A DNA stretch of 64,000 nucleotides from Bdellovibrionales bacterium (GTDB lineage: Bacteria > Bdellovibrionota > Bdellovibrionia > Bdellovibrionales > JAUICD01). The stretch is taken from the NCBI GenBank assembly GCA_965262715.1, contig OZ253553.1, forward strand, positions 2,176,001 to 2,240,000, read 5' to 3'. A model generated the notes under the pieces. It saw nothing but the letters and a program-made list of their open reading frames with translations, had not been told where the DNA came from and made no database searches. Below, one piece after another: positions 39,673-50,177 of this stretch. Within the stretch, counting starts at the first letter, position 1, and each line of letters begins with the position of its first letter. A program made the translations under genes and the position numbers.

Positions 39673-40392
39673 ATGAGTTTAAAGGATAAACACAATCTAA
39701 AAAATAAAGAAAAAATACCTACTTTTGATGAAGTTTGGCAAATATTGAAAGAAACTGCTAAAGAGCGAAAAGAATCTCATAAAGCTTTCAAAGAAGAAAT
39801 GAAAGAGAGCCGGATAAAGTCTGATAAAGACATGGAAGAAAGTCGAATAAAGTCTGATAAAGACATAAAAGAAAGTCGTATAGAATTCAATAAAAAACTA
39901 GAAGAGAGTCGGATAGAATTTGATAAAAAAATGAATAAAATGCGTGGTATCTGGAGTAATGCTTGGGGTGATTTTGTAGAAAGTTTGGTAAGCGGCTGTC
40001 TAGTTAAAATGCTCCAAGAATGGATACCTTCTATCAATCAAATTATGAAAAATATTGAATGTCATCGCAATGGTCATGATTGTGAAATTGATATCATAGC
40101 AGTCAATAATGAGAGCCTAGTTGCTGTTGAAGTCAAGTCAACTCTTAATATTAAAGATGTAAATAACTTTTTAGAAAAACTTCAAAGATTTGCTATGTTT
40201 TTTCCTCAATTCAAGAATTACAATGTTTATGGAGCTGTTGCATACCTTAAAGTCACTCAAAGTGCTGACAAGTTTGCAATGAAACAAGGATTATTTGTCA
40301 TACGTGCTACTGGCGATAGTGGTGAAATTCTTAATAAAAAAGGAGCTTTTAAACCTCAAGTCATCAAACAAATCCCTTTGAAGTATCTCTAA
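39673..40392 (+). CDS. Coiled-coil + PD-(D/E)xK protein (DUF3782-like), paralogue 2
   Basis: Near-identical to paralogue 1 with two more 11-aa repeats; EIDIIAVN...VAVEVKSTL. Confidence 0.78.
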   Translation: MSLKDKHNLKNKEKIPTFDEVWQILKETAKERKESHKAFKEEMKESRIKSDKDMEESRIKSDKDIKESRIEFNKKLEESRIEFDKKMNKMRGIWSNAWGDFVESLVSGCLVKMLQEWIPSINQIMKNIECHRNGHDCEIDIIAVNNESLVAVEVKSTLNIKDVNNFLEKLQRFAMFFPQFKNYNVYGAVAYLKVTQSADKFAMKQGLFVIRATGDSGEILNKKGAFKPQVIKQIPLKYL

Positions 40393-40415
40393 AGCAATAT
40401 ATCTATAGAATTTAG

Positions 40416-40841
40416 CTAAGACAATCTTTGAGAAGATATGGCCTTTTTTTGTGAAAATTCAAGTTCTTTTAGGGTTTTTTGTGCTTTTTCTTCAATTTTA
40501 TCAAGATCTGATCGCATTCGTTGTTTTAAAAGCCAATTTTCCTCTGCAATATTTAGAGCAGCTAAGATGGTCGCCATCTGAAAAGACCCACTTTTTAAAC
40601 AATTACGAGATTCTGTGAATTTTTTATTCACATAATAAACTAGTTTGCGAACTGTCTCTTCATCATAAGAAGACTTGACTTTAAGACTCATCTCGCCAAT
40701 CTTAACTCTAAAAAAATCTTTCTTTGCATTCTGATCAATAGAATTTTTCATGGCATTGGCTTTCATTTTTTTACTTTTATTGACTTTAAACGTATCTGTC
40801 ATTATTAAGATAATCGCATTAAGGCATTTGTATTGTGGCAC
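40416..40841 (-). CDS. zapA: Cell division protein ZapA (true start probably ~40750)
   Basis: VKIGEMSLKVKS..DEE.V.KLV.YVNKK...TILAALNIAEE. Confidence 0.8.
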   Translation of the reverse strand: MPQYKCLNAIILIMTDTFKVNKSKKMKANAMKNSIDQNAKKDFFRVKIGEMSLKVKSSYDEETVRKLVYYVNKKFTESRNCLKSGSFQMATILAALNIAEENWLLKQRMRSDLDKIEEKAQKTLKELEFSQKKAISSQRLS

Positions 40842-40905
40842 GTCTTATTATTTCATACAACAAAAGAAGTGCTATTGTTAGTGCCCATGACAAAAAGGAA
40901 TTTTT

Positions 40906-42200
40906 ATGAAGATTTTAATTATTGGAAGCGGGGCGAGAGAACACGCTATTATATACAACCTCAAATCTTCATCTACAAAAAAAGAGCTTTTTTGTTTTCC
41001 AGGCAGTGATGCTATATTTGAAGATGCTAGCCCTCTTCCAAATCAAATAACATCCGATATCTCTGCCTCAAAACTCAAAAACTTAGGTATTTCAATGGTA
41101 GTGATTGGTCCTGAAGCTCCTTTAGTTCAAGGCCTTGCAGATAACTTACGTAAAGAAGGACTTTTGTTTTTGGCCCATCAAAGGTAGGAGCAAAACTTGA
41201 AGGCTCTAAAATTTATGCTAAAGAATTTATGACAGAAGCCAAAATACCCACATCAAAATATCATATTGTATCTAACAAGATAGAAACCATCTCAATTGCT
41301 AAAAAACATTTTAATCCACCTTATGTGCTAAAAGTGGACAGTTTAGCTGCAGGCAAAGGCGTTTACATATCTCACAATCTCAAAGAATTGGAAGATGCTG
41401 CCATAGAAGTCTTTGAAAAAAAGCGCTTTGGTGATTCGCTAGCTTTATTAGAAGAGTACCAGAAAGGACAAGAGTTAAGCTATCTCGTACTAACTAATGG
41501 TAAGGACTTTATAGCTTTACCTATTGTTCAAGATTACAAACCTTTACTAGATGGCAATAAAGGGCCTAATACAGGAGGTATGGGAGCTGTTGGCCCTTTA
41601 AGCTTATCATCTGATTTAAAACAAAATATCGAAGCTAATATCGTAAAACCAACCATCCTCTCTCTTGAAAAAAACTCCATCGATTATAGAGGTGTTTTGT
41701 ATATAGGGCTTATTATCACTAAAACAGGACCAAAAGTTTTAGAATATAATGTGAGATTTGGAGACCCTGAAGCACAAGTGATTTTACCTTTACTTAAAAA
41801 TGATTGGCAAGATGTCTTTGAAAGCATAGCTAAAGGCATTTTACCTCCACTTCATTGGAAAGACAAATTTGTTAGTGTTGTTGTTGCTGTATCAGAAGGT
41901 TATCCAAAAGATTTTCAAAAAGGCTTTCCCATTTATGGCGACTTATCCCATAGGGACTTATCCCGTAGGGACTTATCCCATACAGATTTATCACAAAACC
42001 TCCATAATAGTTATTTTCTACATGCAGGAACAAAAAAAAATCCTCAAAATGAATGGATCACCTGTGGGGGAAGGGTTTTAAATGCTGTAGGCATTGGACA
42101 AACAAAACAGCAAGCTCTAGAAATATCTTACAAATCTCTTAAAAACATTGATTTTCAAGGGATAAGGTATAGGAAAGATATTGGGCAAGTCTATTCATGA
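40906..42200 (+). CDS. purD: Phosphoribosylamine-glycine ligase, apparent 1-bp frameshift at ~41165 (homopolymer)
   Basis: MKILIIGSGAREHA...VIGPEAPLV.G then (FVFGPS)KVGAKLEGSKIYAKEFM...GPNTGGMGA...EYNVRFGDPE...GGRVL...YRKDIG. Confidence 0.93.
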
Positions 42201-42799
42201 TTCATCTTGTACACACACCAGAAGCTGCAAGCGCATTGCTCTCAAAGGGAAAAGTGCTTATCTATCCAACAGAAACTCTTTGGGGTATGGGAGCTAGCAT
42301 TGAAAGCAAAACAGCTGTTTTGAAGATATTTGAACTTAAAAAGCGCAAGTTAAAGCAACCTATCAGCTTACTTATTAGAGATATTAAAATGGCAAAGCAA
42401 TATGCTATTTTAACAGAACCTGTCTTAACATATATGAATATTCTATGGCCTGGCCCAGTGACCTTTGTAATGCCATGTAAAGAGCTTGTTCCAAAAGAAG
42501 TGCACGCAGGAACTAATTACGTGGGTTTAAGATGTTCTCCTCACCCCTTTCTTCAAAGGCTCCTGCAGAAAATCGATGTCGCTATCACAAGCACTAGCGC
42601 AAATATTTCTAATGAAGAGCCTATAACCAAAATAAACCAAATAGATTCTGTTTTTAGTAACGATATCTACTGTGTGCCTAGCAATGATGTCTTAAAAGGC
42701 CCTGGATCAACTATTGTGAAGTGGAATGGATCTGAGCTTGTTTGTTTAAGAGAAGGGGTCTTACCCTTTCATCAACTCTTATCTCAAATCAACCCTTAA
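42197..42799 (+). CDS. tsaC: L-threonylcarbamoyladenylate synthase (Sua5/YrdC)
   Basis: YPTETLWGMG, KIFELKKR, WPGPVT, STSANIS. Confidence 0.92.
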   Translation: MIHLVHTPEAASALLSKGKVLIYPTETLWGMGASIESKTAVLKIFELKKRKLKQPISLLIRDIKMAKQYAILTEPVLTYMNILWPGPVTFVMPCKELVPKEVHAGTNYVGLRCSPHPFLQRLLQKIDVAITSTSANISNEEPITKINQIDSVFSNDIYCVPSNDVLKGPGSTIVKWNGSELVCLREGVLPFHQLLSQINP

Positions 42800-43215
42800 A
42801 CTATTTCATCTCCAAATGTTTAACAAAAATTATTATTTTGGGGATTGAACCAATAAGGTTTTACTGTACATTATGAAAGATTGTAGGTATCCTCCAAATG
42901 CTTTATAGAAATAAACTGACATTATTTTGCACCTAAAAACATTTAAATGGCTCAAAATTGGCACTTATACAATTTAATGCTAAAAGCCACAAATTAGGGA
43001 TATCATACATGATGACCTATTGTGCCTCTTTGTGTCTAATAAATAAACATTAAAAAAGCTGTGGTTTTTTAATATCTTATATATACTCTACCCATAAAAT
43101 ACACGAGTACTCTAAAATCTCTTGTTATAAAGTAGGCCACAACTTCTTATTCTATCCTGCTTGTATTTTTTAAAAAAATATAATACTTTCAACACCTTAT
43201 ACTTCTTACTTTTTT

Positions 43216-43230
43216 TGGCCTCTAATTTGC
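43216..43230 (+). promoter_or_regulatory. Possible sigma54 -24/-12 promoter
   Basis: TGGC-N7-TTGC, 55 bp upstream of the matrixin gene. Confidence 0.45.
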
Positions 43231-43285
43231 CTTACTTAATTATAGAAGATGAAATAATTAATTTAAGTAAAGAAGTATAAAAAGT

Positions 43286-44149
43286 ATGAAATTTTTTAAA
43301 TTATATAGCCAAAAAACATATTTTATTTCAACATGCCTGCTAGGATGTTTTGCTTTATTTTTAGCATCTTGTGCAACTAAAAAAGAACCAAGTTGTGGAT
43401 TTGTTATAAATAGTGCTGAACAGCGCCTTTCTTGGAACAACAGCCTTCCACTCACTTTATCGTTACATCCTAATGTACCTAGTGACCTAAGACACGCCTT
43501 TTACACAGGTGCTGACCTCTGGGAGGAAGAACATGGTATAGATTTCTTCAATATCCAAGAATTATCAGAAGGGTCCTCTGCTATACCTAGAAGAGATAAT
43601 AGATCTATTGTTTACTGGGATAAACAATGGAACAAAAAGAAAGACAAAGAGTCCGAACAAGCTAAAACTACTATTTACTGGATGGGTTCTCAAATCATAG
43701 ATTCTGATATCCGTTTTAATGCTGAACATTATGGATTCTACACAAATGAGGACATTGATCGACATGAAGATATAGATAACATTTTTGGAAAAAACAATAA
43801 CCAACATATAAAGAAACAAGCTTCCACTAACAACTTCAATATAATCAATCATTTAATGGCATTTATTGAGCAAAGAGATTTCAAGGCCAATGTTATCAGT
43901 CAGGCCTCTAATATTTTACCTTCATACACTCACTTGAGGAGTATTTATATTAATGGAGTTGAACAAAAAAGCTATCTCATTCACTTAGAAAGCCTTATTG
44001 TACATGAGCTGGGACATGCTTTAGGTCTCGATCATAATGCAGATGTTGAAAGTGTCATGCAAGAAAGATTATCGGCACAAACAGAAAGAGATCAAATAGC
44101 AGAATCAGATTATAACAACATAAGATGTGAATATGCCCCTGCTATATAA
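43286..44149 (+). CDS. Matrixin-family metalloprotease lipoprotein
   Basis: Lipobox LASC; DSDIRFN; HELGHALGLDH...SVM. Confidence 0.88.
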   Translation: MKFFKLYSQKTYFISTCLLGCFALFLASCATKKEPSCGFVINSAEQRLSWNNSLPLTLSLHPNVPSDLRHAFYTGADLWEEEHGIDFFNIQELSEGSSAIPRRDNRSIVYWDKQWNKKKDKESEQAKTTIYWMGSQIIDSDIRFNAEHYGFYTNEDIDRHEDIDNIFGKNNNQHIKKQASTNNFNIINHLMAFIEQRDFKANVISQASNILPSYTHLRSIYINGVEQKSYLIHLESLIVHELGHALGLDHNADVESVMQERLSAQTERDQIAESDYNNIRCEYAPAI

Positions 44150-44207
44150 TTTTTTTAACACTATTTAGCAGTTTTATGATATTTTAATTGATGTATTGAC
44201 ACCATGA

Positions 44208-44429
44208 ATGTTGATAAAAAAAGGAATTTATATTATGGTACAGATGAATAATTTATTACAGAACAATTTAAGCTCTATTTATAGTACAAGAACAACATCT
44301 TTAAATGAAACTTTCAATCATGATGGTTTAACAGAGTTAAGAAATCATATTTGTCATCTTGAAGAATTAAATGAGCGATTAAAATATATGATGACAGAAA
44401 TTCGCTTTCTAGTCACAGATAGCTTATAA
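44208..44429 (+). CDS. Small hypothetical coiled-coil protein (probable start 44235)
   Basis: AAGGA RBS before ATG 44235; LRNHICHLEELNERLKYMMTEI. Confidence 0.5.
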   Translation: MLIKKGIYIMVQMNNLLQNNLSSIYSTRTTSLNETFNHDGLTELRNHICHLEELNERLKYMMTEIRFLVTDSL

Positions 44430-44604
44430 TCTCCTCTTCAGTATTTATTTCCTTATAATCTAAAAAGCCCCTTCTTACGAGTTTCACTTCAAATCCATTC
44501 ATCTTTCTCCAAAAATTATACTATCATTTTTGATACAAATGCTTCCTTGATTGAAAAAAGTCACTTTATGGTTTAAATATATGTTTAACAGCAGATGAGG
44601 CCTA

Positions 44605-45132
44605 ATGAAACCATCAATTTTTTGCTTGAAATTCTTCACTCTCTTTTGCTTTCTAAATCTTATATTCAATATATTGTCTATAGCACAAGAAAATAGTTCA
44701 TTGTCTTCTAATTGCCCCAACTTTATAGATTGCATTTTTATGAGAGATCCAATCAGAGTTCAACAGTTCATAGACGAAGGAGCAAGTATCAACATGCAAA
44801 ACCCTTACGGTAATACTTTTTTGATGTTCGCCGCTGGTGAAGGTAATATAGATACTCTCGTCTTCTTACTAAATCTAGAAGCAGACCCTGACATTCTAAA
44901 TATATATGGTTATACGCCATTAATAGCTGCCAGCAAGAATGGACATTTAGACATAGTCGATCTTTTAATAGAAGCAGGAGCAGATGTCACTATCAAGAAC
45001 CTTGAAAATAGAACAGCATTCTATTACATTATGAATGCTATCAGATATATGGCTATTTATGAAGATCCAGATAAACTAGATAGATTATTAGAAATAGCAG
45101 TCACCCTACGAGAAAAAGAAAGAGAAGAATAA
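44605..45132 (+). CDS. Secreted ankyrin-repeat protein
   Basis: Signal peptide; GNTFLMFAAGEG, GYTPLIAASKNGHLDIVDLLIEAGAD. Confidence 0.9.
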   Translation: MKPSIFCLKFFTLFCFLNLIFNILSIAQENSSLSSNCPNFIDCIFMRDPIRVQQFIDEGASINMQNPYGNTFLMFAAGEGNIDTLVFLLNLEADPDILNIYGYTPLIAASKNGHLDIVDLLIEAGADVTIKNLENRTAFYYIMNAIRYMAIYEDPDKLDRLLEIAVTLREKEREE

Positions 45133-45617
45133 CAAGATAAAGTAAAACAACATCTTATCTATCATCAATCACTTGATGAACATATTTTAGCTGAAGCTTT
45201 ATTTCATAGAAGAAGAAAACATCCTTAGTAATCCTGAAAAAGCACAACTACTAGCAGCCTCTTTTAAGCAATAAACCCATGCTCACAAGATTTTTAGACT
45301 TTAAGCCTGAAAAGATGAATATGTGATAGTTGATTCATTTTGATATGACAAGAAAATATGCCGATAAAAGCTAGCACTTTGGACAATTTATATTCTCTAG
45401 AACAAATATCTTCACAAAATGGTGATATTTTTGAAAAAGTCTTTTCAAGCCTTTTTATAAAGTAAGAAGCCAAATTTTACATTTTAAGCTTGTATTAGTA
45501 TGCCTTTATAGTGTATTATTTTATTCTTCTTTAAGACAATTTACTTGGTTATAGTGAGTTTTTGATTGAATTGTCGCTCAATCTGCCGATAATAAAATTT
45601 AGAGGAGCTTAAGGTAT

Positions 45618-46262
45618 ATGAAGGAACTATTACTTACAAATAGCTCAGTGGTTTTGATAATAGAAAGTCCTGTACCATCTGTAACTCATGAATTTTTGGT
45701 CAACCAAAAGATTATTCCTTCAGATTTTCAAATTCAAGGCACTCCCTTTTATACACCTCCTATCAGCCAAATAAAATACAACAATGGTTTTAATATAACC
45801 ACCGAACCCAGTAAAATACAACTTATGACCTCAAAACCTGCCGTCACAAAAGAAGAAAAAGGAAACTGTTTAAGTGAACTAAAAGATGTATCACTAAAAT
45901 ATGTTAAACTTTTTAATGATATAAATTTTAAGTCTATAGGAATTAATTTTCAATTTATAAGAAATGACTTACAGTTTAAACATTTAATAGAACAAACTAT
46001 AAAACCAGATAACCTCTGCTTAAAATTTGAAGATAATAAAGGTGAAGTTGGAACAATCAAGGTGTCTTATAATAAGTGGAAGGGCAAACAGTTCAATGTA
46101 GAAATTAATAAAATTAAAAAAATACATCCCCCACCTCCAACAGATGTTGTTCTCTTTAATGTCAATATAAACTACCCTAATAACTATGGCGAGAAAGTTA
46201 CTATTATTGAAGAACTAATAGAAGATTTTGAAAAATCACAAAAGTTCATAGAGAGGTTTTAA
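45618..46262 (+). CDS. Hypothetical protein (possibly TIGR04255-like), gene 1 of a coupled triplet
   Basis: GAGGAG RBS; pattern SVVL...P...EFL...IIP...KYV.LF..I.FKSIGINF...FNVNINY. Confidence 0.5.
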   Translation: MKELLLTNSSVVLIIESPVPSVTHEFLVNQKIIPSDFQIQGTPFYTPPISQIKYNNGFNITTEPSKIQLMTSKPAVTKEEKGNCLSELKDVSLKYVKLFNDINFKSIGINFQFIRNDLQFKHLIEQTIKPDNLCLKFEDNKGEVGTIKVSYNKWKGKQFNVEINKIKKIHPPPPTDVVLFNVNINYPNNYGEKVTIIEELIEDFEKSQKFIERF

Positions 46263-46906
46263 TGACTGATATTTTAAAAAAATTTGATTTTGAAGAGCTA
46301 AATTCTATGACAAATCTTTTTCAATCAAAAGTTTTATCTCAAAATTTTGAGCCATATAACCTTCTTAAAATTCAATCAAAGTCTTATAATGTGAATGATC
46401 CCTCATATACATATAGCTCTTTTATCATGAATTCTAAAGAATCCTTTAATATAATAGACTTATTGAATAAAGAAGAGGCACAGCGTTTGTATAACACTCT
46501 AGAGAGCTTACACGAAGAATGTGAAGAAGAAGGCTATGAGGTATTCGATGAAATAGCAAGAACAAATGCTAAGAAGGTACTAGATTTTTTATGTAAGAGT
46601 TTTCCTGAGTATGATTATGATATCTATCCTACTGATGGTCGTGAAATTAACATTGAATTTTATTCATTTAAAGGACGCATACTCATTCTTTGTGATTCTA
46701 AAGGTAGTGTCGCTTATTTTAAGAGCTTAACTGGAAAAATCAATAGATATCGATGTCAAGATATTGATGACTTTCCTTTTGATCAATTATATCAAGAATT
46801 TCAATCTTTCAAAAGTCATAAAAAAGAAACTTTTTTATCTAGTGATAATCCTAACATTAAATCCTCTGATTATGAGATGTTGAACAATGAAGACAGATGC
46901 GCCTAA
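46262..46906 (+). CDS. Acidic hypothetical protein, gene 2 of the triplet
   Basis: TAATG stop/start overlap; DIYPTDGREINIEF. Confidence 0.6.
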   Translation: MTDILKKFDFEELNSMTNLFQSKVLSQNFEPYNLLKIQSKSYNVNDPSYTYSSFIMNSKESFNIIDLLNKEEAQRLYNTLESLHEECEEEGYEVFDEIARTNAKKVLDFLCKSFPEYDYDIYPTDGREINIEFYSFKGRILILCDSKGSVAYFKSLTGKINRYRCQDIDDFPFDQLYQEFQSFKSHKKETFLSSDNPNIKSSDYEMLNNEDRCA

Positions 46907-47324
46907 AAATATTGAAGATGACGATTTACTTGGTAGAGCTATCTTTTCCAGTAGAGAAGCAAAAAGAGCAACGGTTGGAAAAATAAGAAGTAGTGTTTTT
47001 ACTGAAAAATTAAATAAAAGCCTTTCAGTCGATCGATTTAATTTTTGTTCGGATAAAGAATTGACCAATATTCAAGACAAAAATGCTCAAGTTCGATCAA
47101 CAAAAGAGAAGACTCAACGTTCATTTTACGGTTGGGCTAGCCTAAAAGTTTTTGATGCTCGAAAAGAAAATAGAAAAGTTCAATCAACACCAATCAAAGA
47201 AAATCCTTATCACGCTGATATTATACTACCAGAAGATATAGAAACAGAAGATGATCAAAGAGAGCATGCTATAAACCTTGCAGAAAGTTCCAAATGGAAA
47301 CCAAAATATTATAGCTCACATTAG
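46887..47324 (+). CDS. Putative ADP-ribosyltransferase-like small protein, gene 3 of the triplet
   Basis: LLGRAIFS...SVF...SLSVDR...NPYHADI; overlaps gene 2. Confidence 0.5.
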   Translation: MKTDAPKNIEDDDLLGRAIFSSREAKRATVGKIRSSVFTEKLNKSLSVDRFNFCSDKELTNIQDKNAQVRSTKEKTQRSFYGWASLKVFDARKENRKVQSTPIKENPYHADIILPEDIETEDDQREHAINLAESSKWKPKYYSSH

Positions 47325-47585
47325 ATTTTACTGATGATTTGCCATAATGAGTTTCGAGCTTATTAAAACATCAACAGGGAAATAACCCACTTTATCATCA
47401 TAAATTTTGAACCTACTATGACTAGCTATATAATAACTCTCATATTTATCCCAAAAAACCCTAATACTTCTCCTAATTATATGTTATTTGATAGGGATTT
47501 CTAATAATCCAATAAATTATAGGTATTGACATACCATCATTTTATATTTACATCATTTCTAGGTTTTATTACCTACTAGGAGCTT

Positions 47586-48719
47586 ATGAGGATTATTTTA
47601 TTCACATTCATATTCATTCTACTTTTACAAAATAACTTTTATGTTCTAGCCAGTTCACAAGAAGTGACTCAAGCACAGTTAGGGGATCCATGTCAATTTG
47701 TAATAAAAGGAAGTAGCTTTGGGGCAAGGTTATCTAACAGCTTTCATGATTTACTCCTTTCTTATGGTAATGAAAGGCTTCCTATAGAGTTCTACATTGA
47801 TAGTCAAATACCGGACTATTTAATAGAACCTATCTACGAGACAGTCTCTGATTGGAATACATCAGCAGGATCTGAAGTCGTTACACTTGTTTCTTTTGAT
47901 GAAAATGCTATCGCCTTTACAGGTCAAGCAGATCAAAAAAATACCATTCATTGGGGATTTGTACCTAATTCTTCGATTTTAGCTTCTGCCTTCGGTGAAC
48001 TTCCTTCTCCAATAATGGCTTCACCAACTCCTTATTTACAAATTAGCACAATAAATATAGCAATAAACAATGCTCATCCTGATGTAGGCCTGATAAATCA
48101 AACAGAAAATTCTTTTAACAGAGTACGTAACCTTATAGAAACTTTTCAAAATATAGATCCTGAAATTTCGCCAAATGATTTACAAGATTTTGAAAGCTTT
48201 ATAGAAATGGGCGAAAAAATAGTACACCTTTTACAAAATGCAACTATTGAAAGAGTACGAGGTATATTTATAAGAGGATTTGAGCTTAAACAACAAAATT
48301 TAGGTTCAAGAAATTTTGATAATGAAAATGCGAAACAACTTGAAATAGACCTATTAGATCAACTCATTGATATTTATATAAGCCTGCCAGATGAAGATGT
48401 TGAAAGAACTCGAGATACAATGGCCACTGGTATAGAAGAACTTTTCAGTAGATCCAACTTCGAGGCTTTCTCTCAAAGAGCAACATATCTTGCTCATTTT
48501 AAGAGTGTTTTCACACATGAAGTAGGTCATGCTTTAGGATTAAGAGATATTCACGATGAAGAACTTCCAGATATAACAGAACAAATACCTTTAATGTGGC
48601 ACCCTGTTAATGGACAGGTAGATACGCTTTATAATCCCATTCAAATAGACCGTCTGGCTCTTCATGCCTTGTCATGCACTTATGATTTAGAGACTTTAAG
48701 AAGGCAAGCACAACCTTAG
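47586..48719 (+). CDS. Secreted matrixin-like metalloprotease with large helical insertion
   Basis: Signal peptide; LPIEFYID...WN; THEVGHALGLRDIH...PLM. Confidence 0.8.
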   Translation: MRIILFTFIFILLLQNNFYVLASSQEVTQAQLGDPCQFVIKGSSFGARLSNSFHDLLLSYGNERLPIEFYIDSQIPDYLIEPIYETVSDWNTSAGSEVVTLVSFDENAIAFTGQADQKNTIHWGFVPNSSILASAFGELPSPIMASPTPYLQISTINIAINNAHPDVGLINQTENSFNRVRNLIETFQNIDPEISPNDLQDFESFIEMGEKIVHLLQNATIERVRGIFIRGFELKQQNLGSRNFDNENAKQLEIDLLDQLIDIYISLPDEDVERTRDTMATGIEELFSRSNFEAFSQRATYLAHFKSVFTHEVGHALGLRDIHDEELPDITEQIPLMWHPVNGQVDTLYNPIQIDRLALHALSCTYDLETLRRQAQP

Positions 48720-48757
48720 CCACTTATTTATACGTTTAGTATTAAGTTTCTTATTGC

Positions 48758-49762
48758 TTAAGTAAGAGACTCTCCACATGCAGAGAATTCTTCTCTTATT
48801 ATTCGATTTATGATACCAAGCAACTCTAAATATCTACCATCTTCTATTACACGCTGTTTTAAAATGCCTTCTACTGAATTGCCTTGATAATCTGGAATAT
48901 CAAAACGTCCTCCTAAACGCAACAACGCTTCAACAGACCCTAATAAAGCTTCCTTATAAAGAGCAGATATCATTGGAGTTTGATGCTTCCTCTTATTCAC
49001 AACATCAATATCTGCACCCTTAAAGACAAGAAGTTCAATAGCACCTATATTTTCCACCCTCGCCGCATGATGCAAGGCGGCAAAACCTCTTACAGATAAA
49101 GCATTGACATCAACACCATATTCAATGAGATATCCTGCAATTTCTACTTGTTTTTTATCAAATAACTCTTTTTGTGACGGATTTCTTCGAGCCATTCTCT
49201 GTTGATATTGCATATTTTCTGCAAATAAAAGATGCAATGCTGTAGAATGTGCATTGCGAGAAACAAAATCAGTCCTTGCCCCATTCTCTAATAAGACTCG
49301 TATATTTTCTGGATTTAAATCTTTACGTGTGACATAAAAAAATAAAGGAGGGCTCCCTTCTGCATTTAAACTATTTGGATTTGCACTGTGATCAATTAAT
49401 CTTTCTGTAATACTACGAGCTCTTGAATAATGAAGAGCTGTGTTATACTTATCAGCTGCATTTTGGAAGTCAGCCTCTGCTCCATGAGACAAAAGAGCTT
49501 CTACAAGTTCTAGATCACCTATTCGAACTGCATTCTGTAATAACGAATACCCTTCATGATTAACTGCGTTAATATGCATTGGATATTGTTGCAGTTTTGA
49601 TCTTAACTCTTCAACATTACGATCTAAGACTTGCTGATGAAGAAGCGCAGATATAGCTTGTTCGCTGAGAGTTAAGCTTTGATATAAGTGTGCTTGAACT
49701 TCAAAAGCAATAAAAATAAAAAAAATCACATAGAGAGTAGATATTTTATTCGGCATCTTCAA
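48758..49762 (-). CDS. Secreted ankyrin-repeat protein
   Basis: Signal peptide (VQA); NTALHY, STALHLL, ALHHAARVENIGAIELLVFKGAD. Confidence 0.9.
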   Translation of the reverse strand: MKMPNKISTLYVIFFIFIAFEVQAHLYQSLTLSEQAISALLHQQVLDRNVEELRSKLQQYPMHINAVNHEGYSLLQNAVRIGDLELVEALLSHGAEADFQNAADKYNTALHYSRARSITERLIDHSANPNSLNAEGSPPLFFYVTRKDLNPENIRVLLENGARTDFVSRNAHSTALHLLFAENMQYQQRMARRNPSQKELFDKKQVEIAGYLIEYGVDVNALSVRGFAALHHAARVENIGAIELLVFKGADIDVVNKRKHQTPMISALYKEALLGSVEALLRLGGRFDIPDYQGNSVEGILKQRVIEDGRYLELLGIINRIIREEFSACGESLT

Positions 49763-49977
49763 TTAAGGTTTCCCTTCTTTCTTTCACCCCTCTTTCTCTG
49801 AGAGCATCCGTACTCACTCCCCACACTTCTTACAGCAAAAACATTGATCTTACAAGCTCTCTCAAGCGTAAATTACTAAACAAGATTTAATATAATATGC
49901 GTTTATTTTGTTGATTATATTGATATAATAATTTGCAGTAAAGCATATTATAATATAAAAACAGAACATTAAGACAT

Positions 49978-50053
49978 AGGGATATAGCTCAGTTGGTAGA
50001 GCGCCACTCTTACAAAGTGGATGTCGTCGGTTCGAGTCCGGCTATCCCTACCA
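49978..50053 (+). tRNA. tRNA-Val(TAC)
   Basis: AGGGATA/TATCCCT acceptor, CCACT-CTTACAA-AGTGG arm, ACCA end. Confidence 0.96.
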
Positions 50054-50177
50054 TTAAATAAATCAAATCAGCTGGTAGAAGCTACTCTTTACTGATATGT
50101 AAAAATAATAGATAAAGATTGAAATAGGCTTATAATTCATAGTATAGGTGAACTCTACCTATTTATGGATTTAATTT

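Noticed and set aside
40393..40416. 6S RNA downstream of zapA
   Set aside because: No room: a convergent CDS ends 23 bp away.
40906..42200. purD and fic frameshifts as targets of the expanded-loop tRNAs
   Set aside because: Both sites lack one base (needing a -1 shift) in T-rich runs, whereas an 8-nt loop would promote +1 shifts; sequencing error or simple mutation is more likely.
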